A stretch of 64,000 bases of DNA. It comes from Mizuhopecten yessoensis. Taxonomy: Eukaryota. Location of the stretch: positions 746,036 through 810,035 of the forward strand of contig NW_018408703.1 of NCBI RefSeq assembly GCF_002113885.1, given 5' to 3'. The position numbers were made by a program, and so were the translations under genes. The number at the start of each line of letters is the position of its first letter. The first letter of the stretch is position 1. Of this stretch, positions 35,400-47,551 are shown piece after piece. A model generated the notes under the pieces. That model was not told the origin of the DNA. It made no database searches and was given only the letters and a program-made list of their open reading frames with translations.

Positions 35400-37900
35400 T
35401 CGCATATACGGATTCTAGTCTAAATTCTTCTAAGTCAATTTCATTTAAATTATAGGTCATTGGGTCATAAGCCTTAGGATTTTTCAAAACTTCAAAAAAT
35501 TGACAGGGACATTTCGGACCATGACGCTACTCTCGTTGAAATTAAACTAAACATTTTTCTTACTAACAAATTTAAACGCATGATTTGGTGTTATAAATAT
35601 GCTGACTATCCTAAATTAATAACCTGTAACATATAACGTATTTAGAAATGCTTATACATGCGATGATATGTGTTCGATTTTTATAGATAAGTATTTGGAA
35701 TACGCCCATCTTTGTATTCCAACTTAGTTTATTATTGTTAGACTGAATGATAAACCGTGGTTTATTTCTGAATTGTGTCGTGAAATTAGGATTAGAAATA
35801 GATCGCATAAAAAAATAAAAAGAGTTTTTTATGTAGAGAATTTAGCTAAATTTAGAAAACATAGAAATCATGTCAACAATCTCAAACGTGGGACAAGAGA
35901 ACATTTTTATGCTGATATTAATGGACTTTTAGATAATTATGCAAAAACGAAACTGGTTCGGAGATTAATTATAAGTGCAGATGTATCTTACATTATACCT
36001 CCTCTGGAAGACCCTATTTCTAATTCCACTGCAGTAGATGATGAACGGAAAGCTAACATTTTAAATGACTATTTTGTGTCTATCTCTACTAAAGACGACT
36101 CAGGTGTACCTTTACCACAAGTTGATATGAGAACCCATAGTCGTATAGATAATATATTTTTTACACAAGCTGATAAATAAGTCACCAAATGCTTAAAAAT
36201 ACAGCCCTTTATGTTTCAATTCCTCTATTTCTTATAAACAGAAAGACTCTTGACCAAGGAATTTATCACAATTCCTAGAAAAAAAGCTTTAGTCATGCCC
36301 ATTTTTAAGAAAGGTGATAAACAATGCCCCAGTAATTATAGACCAATAGCTTTAAAAGGTTATTACAATATTTCTGCATAATATTTCTTAGAAAATTCAT
36401 TGTTATATAAATACCAATCTGGATTTCAGCCAGGTCACTCTACAGTACATCAACTAATTGAAATTTATCATAATGTATGTATAAATCTAGAAAACGTTAT
36501 CATACCTGTCTCGTTTTTTGCGACATTTCCAAAGCTTTTGATCGGGTTTGGCATGCAGGTCTTGTACACAAATTCAAAAGCTATGGAATTAATGGAAATC
36601 TTTAAGACTGGCTATCCGATTATGTACAGAATCGCCATCAACAAATCTTCAATGTTGGTCCTCATACTAAAACTAATGCTGGTGTACCATGGGGTTCTGT
36701 CTTAGGTCCGCTTCTTTTTCTCTTGTATATCAAGGATATAACTGATAACCTTGACATCCTTTCCCGTCTTTTTGCTGATGATACTTCCCTATCCGTCTCT
36801 TCTCCTCCCGCAATTGAACTTGAAACTACTATTAACCGAGATCTTGAAAAAAATCATAACTGGGCAGAAAATTGGCTATTTAAATTTAATCCTAATAAAA
36901 CTGAAGCACTACCTATGTCAAATACCAATGGTGAGCTTGATTTCAATCTTATGTTTAATAATGTTAATATTGATTTTATTGAATATCATAAAATCTAGGC
37001 ATTTTCCTAGATGCTAACTGTAAATGGACTCTTCATATTGATAACATTTGTAAAACTGTTACGAAACAAATAGGGATTCTCCGCAAGTTAAAATATACTT
37101 TAAATCGCAAGACATTAAACAGAATTTTTCTTACTTTTATACTCCCTCTGCTTGAACACTGTTGCGAAGCTTGGGACGGTTGTACAACTGCCGATGTAAA
37201 TAAACTTGAAAAACTAGAAGCGGCGCGTATTGTCACCGGTCTGCCATCTTTTGCTAGTACAGCGTCTCTTTATTTCGAAACTGGTTGGGAAGTCTTGTCT
37301 CAACGTCGCACCCGCCGCAAACTTCAATTTTTCTATATAATTCACAACAATATGACTCCCTCTTACCTAACTGACCTTCTCCCGCCACTAGTAGCTACTT
37401 TAACTCCTTATAATTTGTGAAACTCTGAAAACTATTCCATTCCTAAGTTCCGTTTACAATCTTCACTTAACTCATTCATACCTTCTATTTTAAGATTATG
37501 GAATGAGCTTGACACTACTATTAAAATTGCACATTCTTTTAAGAGCTTCTCAAACTGAAACATTTTAAGTGCCTCTTTTTTATTTAGCCGGTGACCGTAA
37601 GTTAAATATTTTTATAACCAAACTCCGTCATAAATGCAGCCCTTTAAATGATGATCTCTTTAATGTTAACCTAATCAACTCTCCTATTTGTGCATGTGGA
37701 TATCCTAATGAAAATGCTGATCAACCAATCAAAGATATCAAACGTTCAGAAACCTTCATAGATACTTACCTCTAAGCTTAGAGAAATTATTATATGGCCA
37801 TAAAGATTATTCGAGTGACGAAAATATACATTTATTTATACATTTGGTACAGTTTGTATCGAGTACTCGCAGGTTTTAATATGGTCTATAAGAGTCTCCC
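35400..37900 (+). mobile_element. Decayed CR1-type non-LTR retrotransposon ORF2 (end of APE, RT, C-terminus)
   Basis: Frameshifted motifs SDHDA, DKPWF, KANILNDYF, PIFKKGD..NYRPIAL, QSGFQPGHST, DISKAFDRVWH, GSVLGPLLF, LFADDT, FNPNKT, CACG. Confidence 0.9.
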
Positions 37901-38444
37901 TCTTCAGCAGTCCTCATTATCTTTCGAAAATATTCACTTCTTAGCTTGTATCCGAATTACATGGCAAAGCGTGCACCTTGTGTGTTCCTTATTATTTTAG
38001 TAAGCCTCAGTAATGTTTAACTTTCTTTTAAGTGCACGAGAGCGTGAATGCAAGGAGTGTGCTTGTGCTTGAATGTATGCGAGTGAGTGTGGAGATGTGC
38101 GTTACCATCTTTCTGTAAATAGTTCCACTTACCGTTGTATATAATGTATGTAATATTGGCATGTGATGGGCCATTCAGTTATGGTCAGTGCGGTGGAAAC
38201 GAATTTTCGAGAAAGGATGGAATGAATGAAAAGGAGACAGCCACTAAGCACGGGACGTGACGAACTGTTGAACAGCTGAACGTTTGGAATAGTGCCAGGA
38301 TATCACTGCGCTGGCTGTGCTGGCTGGTTCCATTTTCATGACAAATTTTAAAATCTTCTATAATTTGTACATAAAAGTAAGAGTGAATGTGTACATTATA
38401 ATTATGTTGAATATTGAGGATTTACATATATAAACTGCAATGAA

Positions 38445-38462
38445 TCTCTCTCTCTCTCTCTG

Positions 38463-38512
<50 letters not shown>
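38445..38512. repeat. (CT)n microsatellite
   Basis: Seen directly. Confidence 0.98.
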
Positions 38513-40188
38513 NGAACATATTAATTAAATTAAAAGAGCTATGGCGGAAAACTGCCCGTATTTCCCTAAGTCGGCAGTTTTGGAAACGGAAAAAAATACT
38601 GATGAGTAAATAACTTGAAGTAGCGAACATGCATGGAATATATATAAAACCAATTGAATATGAATTTTTGAACTGTTGAGATATTCGGTATTGTTAATAT
38701 AATACTGCAAATATAGCCATATTCACTATATCTATGAAAGTGACGGGGTTTCCCAGACTTATTTTTTTATTGATATCTAAATAACATACATATTGGTTTA
38801 TTTTCTATGGAATCATGTCAACACATCCCTGTACGCGTGTACAGGACAGTCATACGCTTTGTAGGTACATGTAAGACATCATTTAAATGATATTTATGAA
38901 TTGTTTTACCCTCCAACTGGCACTAGTATTCTAATCCATTAATCCAGGAAGACTGCAGCACAAAGTAAAGAACGCAATACACGTGTAAGATATGCTTTTC
39001 GAAAATTATGTAATTTTACCATTCTAAGGAAGAACAAAATCAAGATGTGTACTTTTTAGGAAAGCGGGTAACAGCATGACTTTGGCAGTAGTAATGATAA
39101 TTAAATTCTTTCAAACTTGTTGGTAATGATTGTACGATCTTGTGTTTACGCAAAATAAGCATTTTGTTGAGTCTTTATCGGGAAACGTATATATTAATAG
39201 CCATGACCTTAAATTCGTCCGTTTAAAATAGTCTATTCTTAGACACGGGATTCCGTTAGAGCTACCTGTATACAAATACCTGAGGACGCGTCATAGCAAT
39301 GCACGGTTGGACGCGCGCACTAGCGGGTTATAACTTTGGGGAAATAGGCATAGCAACCCGCCATAGCCCTTTGCCATCTTGTATATCTATAAATTAATTT
39401 GTTATTGGGAAAGGGCAACTTGTGTCCATTCCCTTTTATATGATTCAAATCTACACTATAGATACTTAATTTTCGAACGCAAAGATGTATAAGTCTCCGA
39501 AAAAAAACCCGTCCTAACTGTACATTTAATGTTAATATTTTTATCCGTCTGATTTATCCGTTAACTGGAACAGCATTCCCTATACGTTCCTTCATTAGTG
39601 TCTCAGTCGTTAACGCTTGTCAGGTAGCCAGACTACGTGTCAGTGACAAGCTCAAACGATGTAACAAGTTGTCAGATGGCGTAACAAGCTGTGATGACGT
39701 AACAGAAACACAAAAGTAACGTAGAAAAGCCAAGCCAATTTTGCAAGTAGACCAACAGTAATTAAGTTCTTAATATTTTATTGTCAAAATTGTTTCGCGG
39801 AAGATAAGGCCACGTGCACGTTTTACGAATCTTCCAGTCCTCTTAAAAAATAAACATGTACGTGATTACAATACAAACCAAACAATTTTAAGATAATTAA
39901 TACTGGGAATGAAATATCATTTAAAAAAAGGAATCATAATTAAGAGAAGGAAAAAAAAGAGATCGAGATATTGTTCAGAAAAATATTTGACAAAGCTAAC
40001 ATGACTGGTACGGCCCCTGTATGTCACGACACGTCAGTATGGATATATATTTCTCTCATTTCAGCCACCAGAATAAGCTTAGAAACTATGAAAATGCGTT
40101 TGGACTTGCCACCATTTTGAAACTATCAATTTTCCCCCTGAACTTTTTAGACGAAAACGAATTAGCCAGCCGTATTAAGCATTTTCCA

Positions 40189-40275
40189 AATTCCACACGA
40201 GGGTTTTTCAAATTTGGTAAAACCCGAGGCATTGCCAAGGGTTTTGCCAAATTTGAAAATCCCGAGAGTGGAATT
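40189..40275. repeat. Imperfect palindrome with CCCGAGGC-ATT-GCCAAGGG centre
   Basis: Arms TTTTCAAATTTGGTAAAACCC / GGGTTTTGCCAAATTTGAAAA. Confidence 0.8.
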
Positions 40276-40397
40276 CCCTATCCTACACATGAAAGAGTAT
40301 TTTTCTATCATTTCCCTGAGTGTAAGATAGAGCTGTCCAAGGTAAAAACTTTACTAGGACAGCAGCTGTTTTTACGGGTTTTAGGTAATAAGCAAGA

Positions 40398-40551
40398 AAT
40401 AGAATCCATCCCTGATGTGAGGTAAGGATAAGGTTATTCAAACCCTCGGGATAAAATATTGAGCAAAAGACCATCGGGTCTCCTGCTCAATATTTTATCC
40501 CTTATGTTTGAATAACCTTATCCATACCACACATCAGGGATGGATTCTATT
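40398..40551. repeat. 154-bp palindrome at the left edge of the H1 array
   Basis: AATAGAATCCATCCCTGATGTG...CACATCAGGGATGGATTCTATT with inner arms GGGATAAAATATTGAGCA / TGCTCAATATTTTATCCC. Confidence 0.9.
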
Positions 40552-40857
40552 ATTCTCGCACATCAGACAGAGATATCCCAATATCATAATATAAGAATTT
40601 GATGAATATATATATATAATTGTGGAGTAATGCTTAATAGTATGTACATTTATGACACAAAAGTATTGATATTTATAGATACATAAGGAAAAAAATATTA
40701 GGCCGTCATACGAATTCTTCGTCTGGTATGTCAGCCATTAAACTTAGCATCCGTTGAAATTTCTAAAAACAAAACATTTTAAAGTACAATTTTTGCATTT
40801 CATATGATTAAAATTCAGGAAAATAGCCGTTTCAAGCATTTACAATATATATGTAAT

Positions 40858-41285
40858 TGTAATTTTATTAAAAGGAGCCTTAGAAAGCATTTTTAAGCGG
40901 GTCTGTGTTCAGCTTACAATATGGCGCCTGTTCCAAACCTGTGCTTTTATGTCTCGATTGAATCGCATTTTTATCGATATTAGAGAATATAAGTATATAT
41001 GTTTGATACATCATAGGAAAGAAAAATATTAATTCTTTACTTTAATGTAACAAAAGTATTAGCTGTAAATGTAATTTTATTAAAAAGGAGCCTTAGAAAG
41101 CATTTTTAAACGGGTCTGTGTTTAGCTTACAATATGGCGCCATTTCCAAACCTGTGCTTTTATGTCTCGATTGAATCGCATTTTTATTGATATTAGAGAA
41201 TATAAGTATATATATTTGATACATCATAGGAAAGAAAAATATTACTTCTTTACTTTAATGTAACAAAAATATTAGCTGTAAATGT
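40858..41285 (+). repeat. 213-bp tandem duplication upstream of H1 copy 1
   Basis: AAGGAGCCTTAGAAAGC...AATATGGCGCC occurs twice in unit 1 and once in units 2 and 3. Confidence 0.9.
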
Positions 41286-41498
41286 ATGTATATGTAAGTT
41301 TTACATCTGTACATAAAATTCACCATCATCAAATCAAAATATCGGTAGAAAATGATTCGAATACACTATTCTCCCCAAATTTTGACATTTTTGCTTTTCA
41401 TAAATAAGATCTTTAAATAAAATGCTTTAATATCGCTGTAACTAAAATATTGTAGGGTTTGTAACGAATGAACTGTATACGATTGAAGTAAGGTAAGA

Positions 41499-41604
41499 AA
41501 ACACATAATTCATATCTCGGTAAAAGTCGAGCGTTCTGTGGAGGTGTCTTCGACGACGTACGAGCAAAATGCGTAAATAGGCGGTTTTGAAAAAAAAGGC
41601 ATTC
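41499..41604 (+). promoter_or_regulatory. H1 promoter: H1/AC box AAACACA, TATA-position GTAAATAG, CATTC cap motif
   Basis: AAACACA 41499-41505 (also 51152-51158, 58646-58652); GTAAATAG 41573-41580; CATTC 41600-41604. Confidence 0.65.
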
Positions 41605-41646
41605 TCGTATATACCTCGGTACAGGAAGGATATCTAAATCGTCAAC

Positions 41647-42204
41647 ATGAGCGCCGCAGCAGCATCCCCAGTGAAGGAAGTCAAGAAGGCAAGCAAGCCT
41701 AAGGTTCCAGCAGCACACCCTCCGTTTGCCACCATGGTAACCGCAGCTGTTGCAGCTCTCAAGGGCAAGAAAGGATCGTCAAAAATCGGGATCATGGGTT
41801 ACATCATGGCCAACTACAAGGTCGGTGATGATAAGAAAAAAGTCAGCTCCAAAGTCAAAACAGCTCTGAAGAACGGAGTTGCTAAAGGAACACTGAAGCA
41901 AGTGAAAGGCGTCGGGGCTACTGGCTCATTCAAACTCGGAGACAAACCCAAGCCAGTCAAGAAACCCAAGGCAGCGGCTAAGAAAATTACGAAACCAAAG
42001 AAGGCCGTAGCAACCAAACCAAAGAAGGTCGCTGTCGCCAAGAAGACAAAGTCCCCAAAGAAAGAGAAAGCAGCGAAGACACCGGCAGCTAAGAAGGTGG
42101 CCAAGCCGAAGGTCAAAACCCCGAAGAAGGCTGCAGCCAAAAAACCCGTAGCCAAGAAACCTGCAGCTAAGAAGGCAGCAGCCAAGAAACCCGCCAAGAA
42201 GTAA
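41647..42204 (+). CDS. H1: Histone H1 (linker histone), copy 1, 185 aa, intronless
   Basis: Winged-helix globular domain (HPPF...GSS...YI...KGVGATGSFKL) and K/A/P-rich tail with SPKK/TPKK motifs. Confidence 0.97.
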   Translation: MSAAAASPVKEVKKASKPKVPAAHPPFATMVTAAVAALKGKKGSSKIGIMGYIMANYKVGDDKKKVSSKVKTALKNGVAKGTLKQVKGVGATGSFKLGDKPKPVKKPKAAAKKITKPKKAVATKPKKVAVAKKTKSPKKEKAAKTPAAKKVAKPKVKTPKKAAAKKPVAKKPAAKKAAAKKPAKK

Positions 42205-42248
42205 ACACTTTAACAGTGTTTTGGTCTCAACAGACCCCTACCCCCAAA

Positions 42249-42264
42249 AGCCCTTTTCAGGGCT
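42249..42264 (+). terminator. Histone mRNA 3' stem-loop
   Basis: CCAAA-AGCCCTTTTCAGGGCT-ACCCA. Confidence 0.92.
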
Positions 42265-43769
42265 ACCCAAATTTCTCAAAAAGTGTCAAGGACACCTCGA
42301 ATATACGCATTTGTATTCCAGACTGCCGCGTTCCAGCTGAGTGAAAAGAGAACAGGTCCATATATATGTGTTTTTTTTGCTCTATGTACGTATTTTTTCT
42401 TCAAAAGGTTTCAGATGAAGTATTCCGCCATAAAGAACTGAATTAAAACCATACAGCATTTATCTATGTATGTGTGTGCGCTAATATGTCACTCATGTCA
42501 GGAATCTGACACATTCCTTGTCTGGTAAGCCATGAGGGAACTGACATACTGATGCACACACATACACAGGTACGTCCAGAGAAATACAGATCGAGACGTC
42601 TCGTTCAAATATCTCCGCGTTATTTATCCAGTTATGTGTTGAAGACAAGAAATGTATCTATTTACATACAACAGAAATTCTTAAAAGAATGAAAAATCAA
42701 TCGCTAAACACGTTAGATAATGTGTTAAAGGTTGTCAAAAATAATGTCAAAACAGTACACTGCTTCGAACCAATTTTGAACATAGACCATTTTTTGACAT
42801 GATGGAACGAAGATTAATATATTCGACAACATCAACATTTAAAGGCGATGGTTAGAAATGACGTGCATCATGTTTCGTTGTAAACAACTAAATCGCTATC
42901 ATAATATCACAATAATGATAGCGAAAACGCCACATAGTTTGTTCGTGGATTTCGTCCACAGTTTTTATGAACAAAATGGCTAACGGAAGAACTAAACAGA
43001 TCTTTCTCATATTGCAATGATCCATTCTATTTCTTTCACATTAAGTACTGTGAATTTCGTCCTCAGTTCAGTTTATTCCCGAGAGCCATCCGACTCGTGT
43101 GTTAAATAACAAACAATAACGCCATGTAATACATGTACAAGAGATTATTATACAAATTTAAATTAATTAAGTGGAGGGTGAGCTTACAAAGAACATTTCC
43201 ATATCAGACATTGATTTCTCTAAATTCCTCGTAGCACAATATTGCCTGTCCAGCGTCGGTAGATGTAAGTGATCGTATAGTAGTTTTGGCATTCCCCAAA
43301 ACTACAGACAAACTGACCGGCGGCTATACCCAAGAACGTCCGTCAGATGTGGAAGAGTATCCGAGTTATAAACCAATCCACACCTTGTTTTAAAGTTAAC
43401 TAATGTTTACTTAATATCCCACGGCTAGGCTAGCCGTTAAAACATGGCAAACAATACGTACAATAATAACAGTATAAACGACGGAACCAAACCTACAGTG
43501 TGTAGAAAAGAATGTAGGTTTAGTAAACCTATATATATCAGCCCCACGTGGTAAAATAAGGCCTATAGGTAAATGTAACTATTCTTTAACGATGAAAACC
43601 ACTCCCTCCCGGAACACTGAAATACGTCAAGCTAACCAGTTTTAACCTTACCCTAACGTGGGTGTACTGCTTTAAGTACATTGCTAGCACTGTTTTCAGC
43701 GCCTCGGTGGAGGGTTTTTCCCCTCTTGGTATAGCCGGCTTTCCGGCCATGCAAGTCCCCGATTTTTTA

Positions 43770-46530
43770 ATTGATTAATTTATTTGTTGATGGGTTTTAC
43801 GTCCGCTTCACTACCGAGTAGTTCGGTTATCCAACAGGTTAGAGAAGGAGCCGTCTATACTATATATATTAACTGTATAACTCTAGTTTTTGTAAGACGG
43901 CTCCTTAACCTAACACTCGTCGTATGGTATCACCAAGTCTGGACCGGAAGTGAGGTAATGTGCCCCGCCAGCTACACCAGCCCTTGCCTATTCTATGAGG
44001 CGGGGTTAGAGTTATAGTTTGGTTATAACATTGATGGGAGCTGGAGGGGTTGGAGGTTTAAAGAGGTGTAATGTGACGATAGATGTATGGGCTGAATAGA
44101 GTGCTAGTTGTATGGACATGAGAGGGGTTGGGGATGACTGGGAGGAGGGGTGGGTTGTGGGAGGATACTTAGTTTTTGCTGTTTCTACTTTTATGTGTAA
44201 GTGGTTTTGTTTTATTAAATTGTTTTGAGTATTTTGATTTATTGTATCCAAATTTATTATTCATTGTTTAGGCTTTGTTTGTACTATACTATATATGTGA
44301 ACTAGCTACAAGCGTGTGGACGATGTCCAAAGGTACGCATTGCAGTCCCCATAATTGCTTTCTTGCATTCTAGCCCTAATAATCTTTTTAAATGGTATGC
44401 CTAAGGATTGGATAATGTGCATGAGAACGTTTCATGTATACGGGCCCCGCTCACCTGCCCGACCACGCGAGTTTTCTCCCGATACTCCAGCATCCTCCCA
44501 CAGTAAGAATGAAATCCTCTGCGTGCTTCCGTCAGGGCACAAAAAGAATGATTGAGATAAGTTTGGGAAAAAGCTGTTTGGTAATTGCTATAGAAAAGTG
44601 CATATTACATATTTGACAATTAGTCTAAGTAAATGTATAGAGATGTTAGTTAAAAACTAAAATTAAACAAAGAACACATTGAACTACTTAAATGTAACTG
44701 AGATCGTCGTTATATCGATATGTAGTCTCAATCACTGTTCGATCCTGAAACACCGTATTTAATATCAAATTTTGTAACTGTCACCGAGGTTTGACACGTA
44801 ATAATGCCAAATAGAATTTAACAGTTTCTGTCTGTAACTAGTTATAAATCGGCACGCGTTGTGAAAAAGTAATACGTTGCTGAAAAGGGGCGTTGAACTC
44901 GGGTTGGTTGTCTGGGAAATTATTGTTAATTTCGTCATAACCATTGTTTCTTTTACGAGTGGTGATGCATAAATAAACTAGGTAAAGTCTGTAACCACAC
45001 TTTCATCAATGTAATTTTTTTCGTTCATATTCTCAACAAGCGGAAATCAAAAGCTGATGAAATTTTAGACAATGAATAATGAACTGTACACGTTGACCTA
45101 TTGGTTTAATGCAGCTCTTTTTAAAGATATCTCCCGGTAGAAATATTTACAGAACCTGGTTGATGACAAAAATGATCTCCAGAATATATGCCCATTTTTA
45201 CTTTTTGTGCCAGTGACAAAAACGTTTTATAAAATCTTGAAGCGCCGACAAAGAGATAAATGCAACGGACATCAGAATTTTCCGGTTATTTTTCATCCTT
45301 CCGGATATAACCGATGAACACCGATGGATTGGGACGTCAAAGTATGATAATCTCTGAACGAAGTTTCATGCCTGTAGAAACGGGAAGCAACTCTGATTAC
45401 GCACGCATGTGTAACCATTAAAGAGCCTCGCCCGGGCGCCTTCGGTTATGATTATGTTTGAATTATCTGGGCATTTTTAAGTATAGAATATGATAGACAA
45501 TTTATGCCCGGGAATGTATTTTTCTTTGTTTTAAGTGCGTTTGCATATTCGTCTGAAGTGAACGGGATGTTGAGATTTGTGTCATTATCTTCCGTTTCGT
45601 TGAGATATTCTCTAATTCCATTTATGTCTTTATTTTTATTATCTATAAATTTGTCTGTACAGTTTTGATTACTACTAGCTTGTTGGAATTGTTTAGCTAA
45701 TAAATTTGCTTTCTCTAAATTTGTTTTACCTTCCGCGTTTTCTCCTAAGATTGAAATTTCTTTGGGTGGTATTCCTTGTATCACTTTAATTTTGTTCCAT
45801 ACTGTTTAAGTATTAATTTTATTGTTTAGCGAACTAAAAAACTCTTCGTGTTTTTTACATGTTGTTTTGCATTTTTTTTAGTTATTTTATAATTTTCGAA
45901 GTTTTGTTCTGCTGAATTTTTCTTACAATTTTTTCCCATCTACGTTTTATTCTCTTTGTTATTTTTTGAAACAAAGGTTACCTTTATACTATAGTTTCTT
46001 TGCGAGTTTTTTTTAGAAGATCTTGTGTTGTACCTTTCTAGTTTGGGGGTTTACTTCGAGTTTTTAGATTGTTTTTTTTCACTTATTTTTTTTTTCAGCA
46101 CTGTTACGGGGGTTTCTGGGGATTCGGCTCTGTTAAAGGGGATTTCGGGCGGGGAGTTGATGGTAGTGGGACATGGGGTTTCTGGGGATTCAGCTCTGTT
46201 TAGGGGGATTTCGGGCGGGGAGTTGATGGAAGTGGGACATGGGGTTTCTGGGGATTCAGCTCTGTTTAAGGGGATTTCGGGCGGGGTGTTGATGGATGTG
46301 GGACATGGGGTTTCTGGGGATTCAGCTCCGTTTAGGGGGATTTTGGGCAGGGTGTTGATGGTAGTGGGACATGGGGTTTCAGGGGACTTTATGGACATAT
46401 TCTCTGTCGTTTCTGAACTAATACTCTGTGTTGGGGAGGGTGCACTAGAGCTTGGGGAGGGGTGGCCATGGTATCAATTCATGTGATTTTGCCTCTAGGT
46501 TTGGGCGTTTGATAGGGGTGTTCTGATTTT
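43770..46530 (-). mobile_element. I-group (Nimb/I-like) LINE remnant, unit 1: ORF1 end, post-endonuclease ORF2 segment and structured 3' UTR, with nested insertions
   Basis: 45452-45960 gives KANLLAKQFQQASS...NIPFTSDE...PGI; 3' tail GCGGACGTAAAACCCATCAACAAATAAAT; homologous to 53435-55900. Confidence 0.65.
46108..46398 (-). repeat. 66-bp coding-like tandem repeat (SPETPCPTSINxPPEIPLNRAE), about 4 copies; about 2 copies at 55629-55787
   Basis: Seen directly; lies just upstream of LINE ORF2 on the minus strand. Confidence 0.9.
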
Positions 46531-47551
46531 ATTGATGTCGACAGTTATCAATAAACCCATGCCTAATTCCTGAATTAATGTATATATTGTGGGTTGAATA
46601 TCTCAGTGACATTTAATAGTCCTCGACATGTGTCAATATCCAAAATATACTCCAATCAGTTTTTCCTCCCATAATGCAGTAAATGTAATGTACTCCCCTG
46701 TATATTTTACCCCCAACAATACTTTCTTTAAACCCTTTTGCACCTCTTTCCCTCTTTCCTCACCCATCCTCTTCTCTTCCATATACCTGTATCTATATGC
46801 ATAATAATAGTCAGTGCCGTCCAATCGCCGTTTTACAAAAAAAGGAGACGGATTAACATAAAAATTTTGTACTTATTTTCGAATCATATATGTATATCAT
46901 GTTTGCATTACTGGATTATTATACCGATAATTAAATAAAGTTAAAACTAACATGAGTTGTGTCCCTTAGTATAGTTTGTTTTCATATGTTTTTTGCGAGA
47001 CATTTGAATTACTATATGAACGTAATTTAAAAATAAAAATATAAAACTGCATTAATATTAAATATCCATCAGGTGAACGAAGTTCATTCATCATCAACTT
47101 AGTTTATTTATTTATTCTGAGTGTTTTAACATAAGGTTTTTCTTCACGTTTTGTCTTGTTGAAATGATGACGTAAGAGTTGATACAAGTTTAACTTTGAA
47201 ATAAATAAGAGATAACTTTTGACTTGACGGCGGGATATTTTGGAGTTTCCAAAATATACCCGATGTGTTCCGTACAGAGTCTAGAACCTCACTCATTTAC
47301 AATACAACATATCACAGTATTGTATTGTTTATTCAACTTGAAGCCTTACGGCTCATAAGCATATATAGCAACGTATAATTGATACACCAGTGATATGAAA
47401 TACCAAATAATTATAACATCATGAATAAAGCATAATCTTGTACATCGCATGTATAAATGGACATGTACGTACAATAAAGGTACCTGAGGTTTAAGTGACG
47501 CTTATTGTTAGACCTATTACCCGTGGTGAGCGTCCACAAGGTAAAGGCTAT

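Noticed and set aside
38130-38340. Short GC-richer segment with a minus-strand ATG and a donor-like site
   Set aside because: The frame closes after about 31 codons with no recognisable homology
41493-41624. 5' UTR intron in H1 (AAG/GTAAGA ... TACAG)
   Set aside because: It would remove the H1 box, TATA-position motif and CATTC cap site; the likely start site lies downstream of the donor-like motif
41814-42197. Antisense ORFs over the H1 genes (also 51482-51865, 58976-59359) and MCCWNL ORFs
   Set aside because: Shadow frames of the Lys/Ala-rich H1 codons
43631-43763. Telomerase RNA (ACCCTAAC) or RNase MRP (AAGTCCCCG) on the + strand
   Set aside because: The template match is short, no pseudoknot, H/ACA or P4 partner was found, internal T-runs argue against Pol III, and the G.U pairs favour the opposite strand
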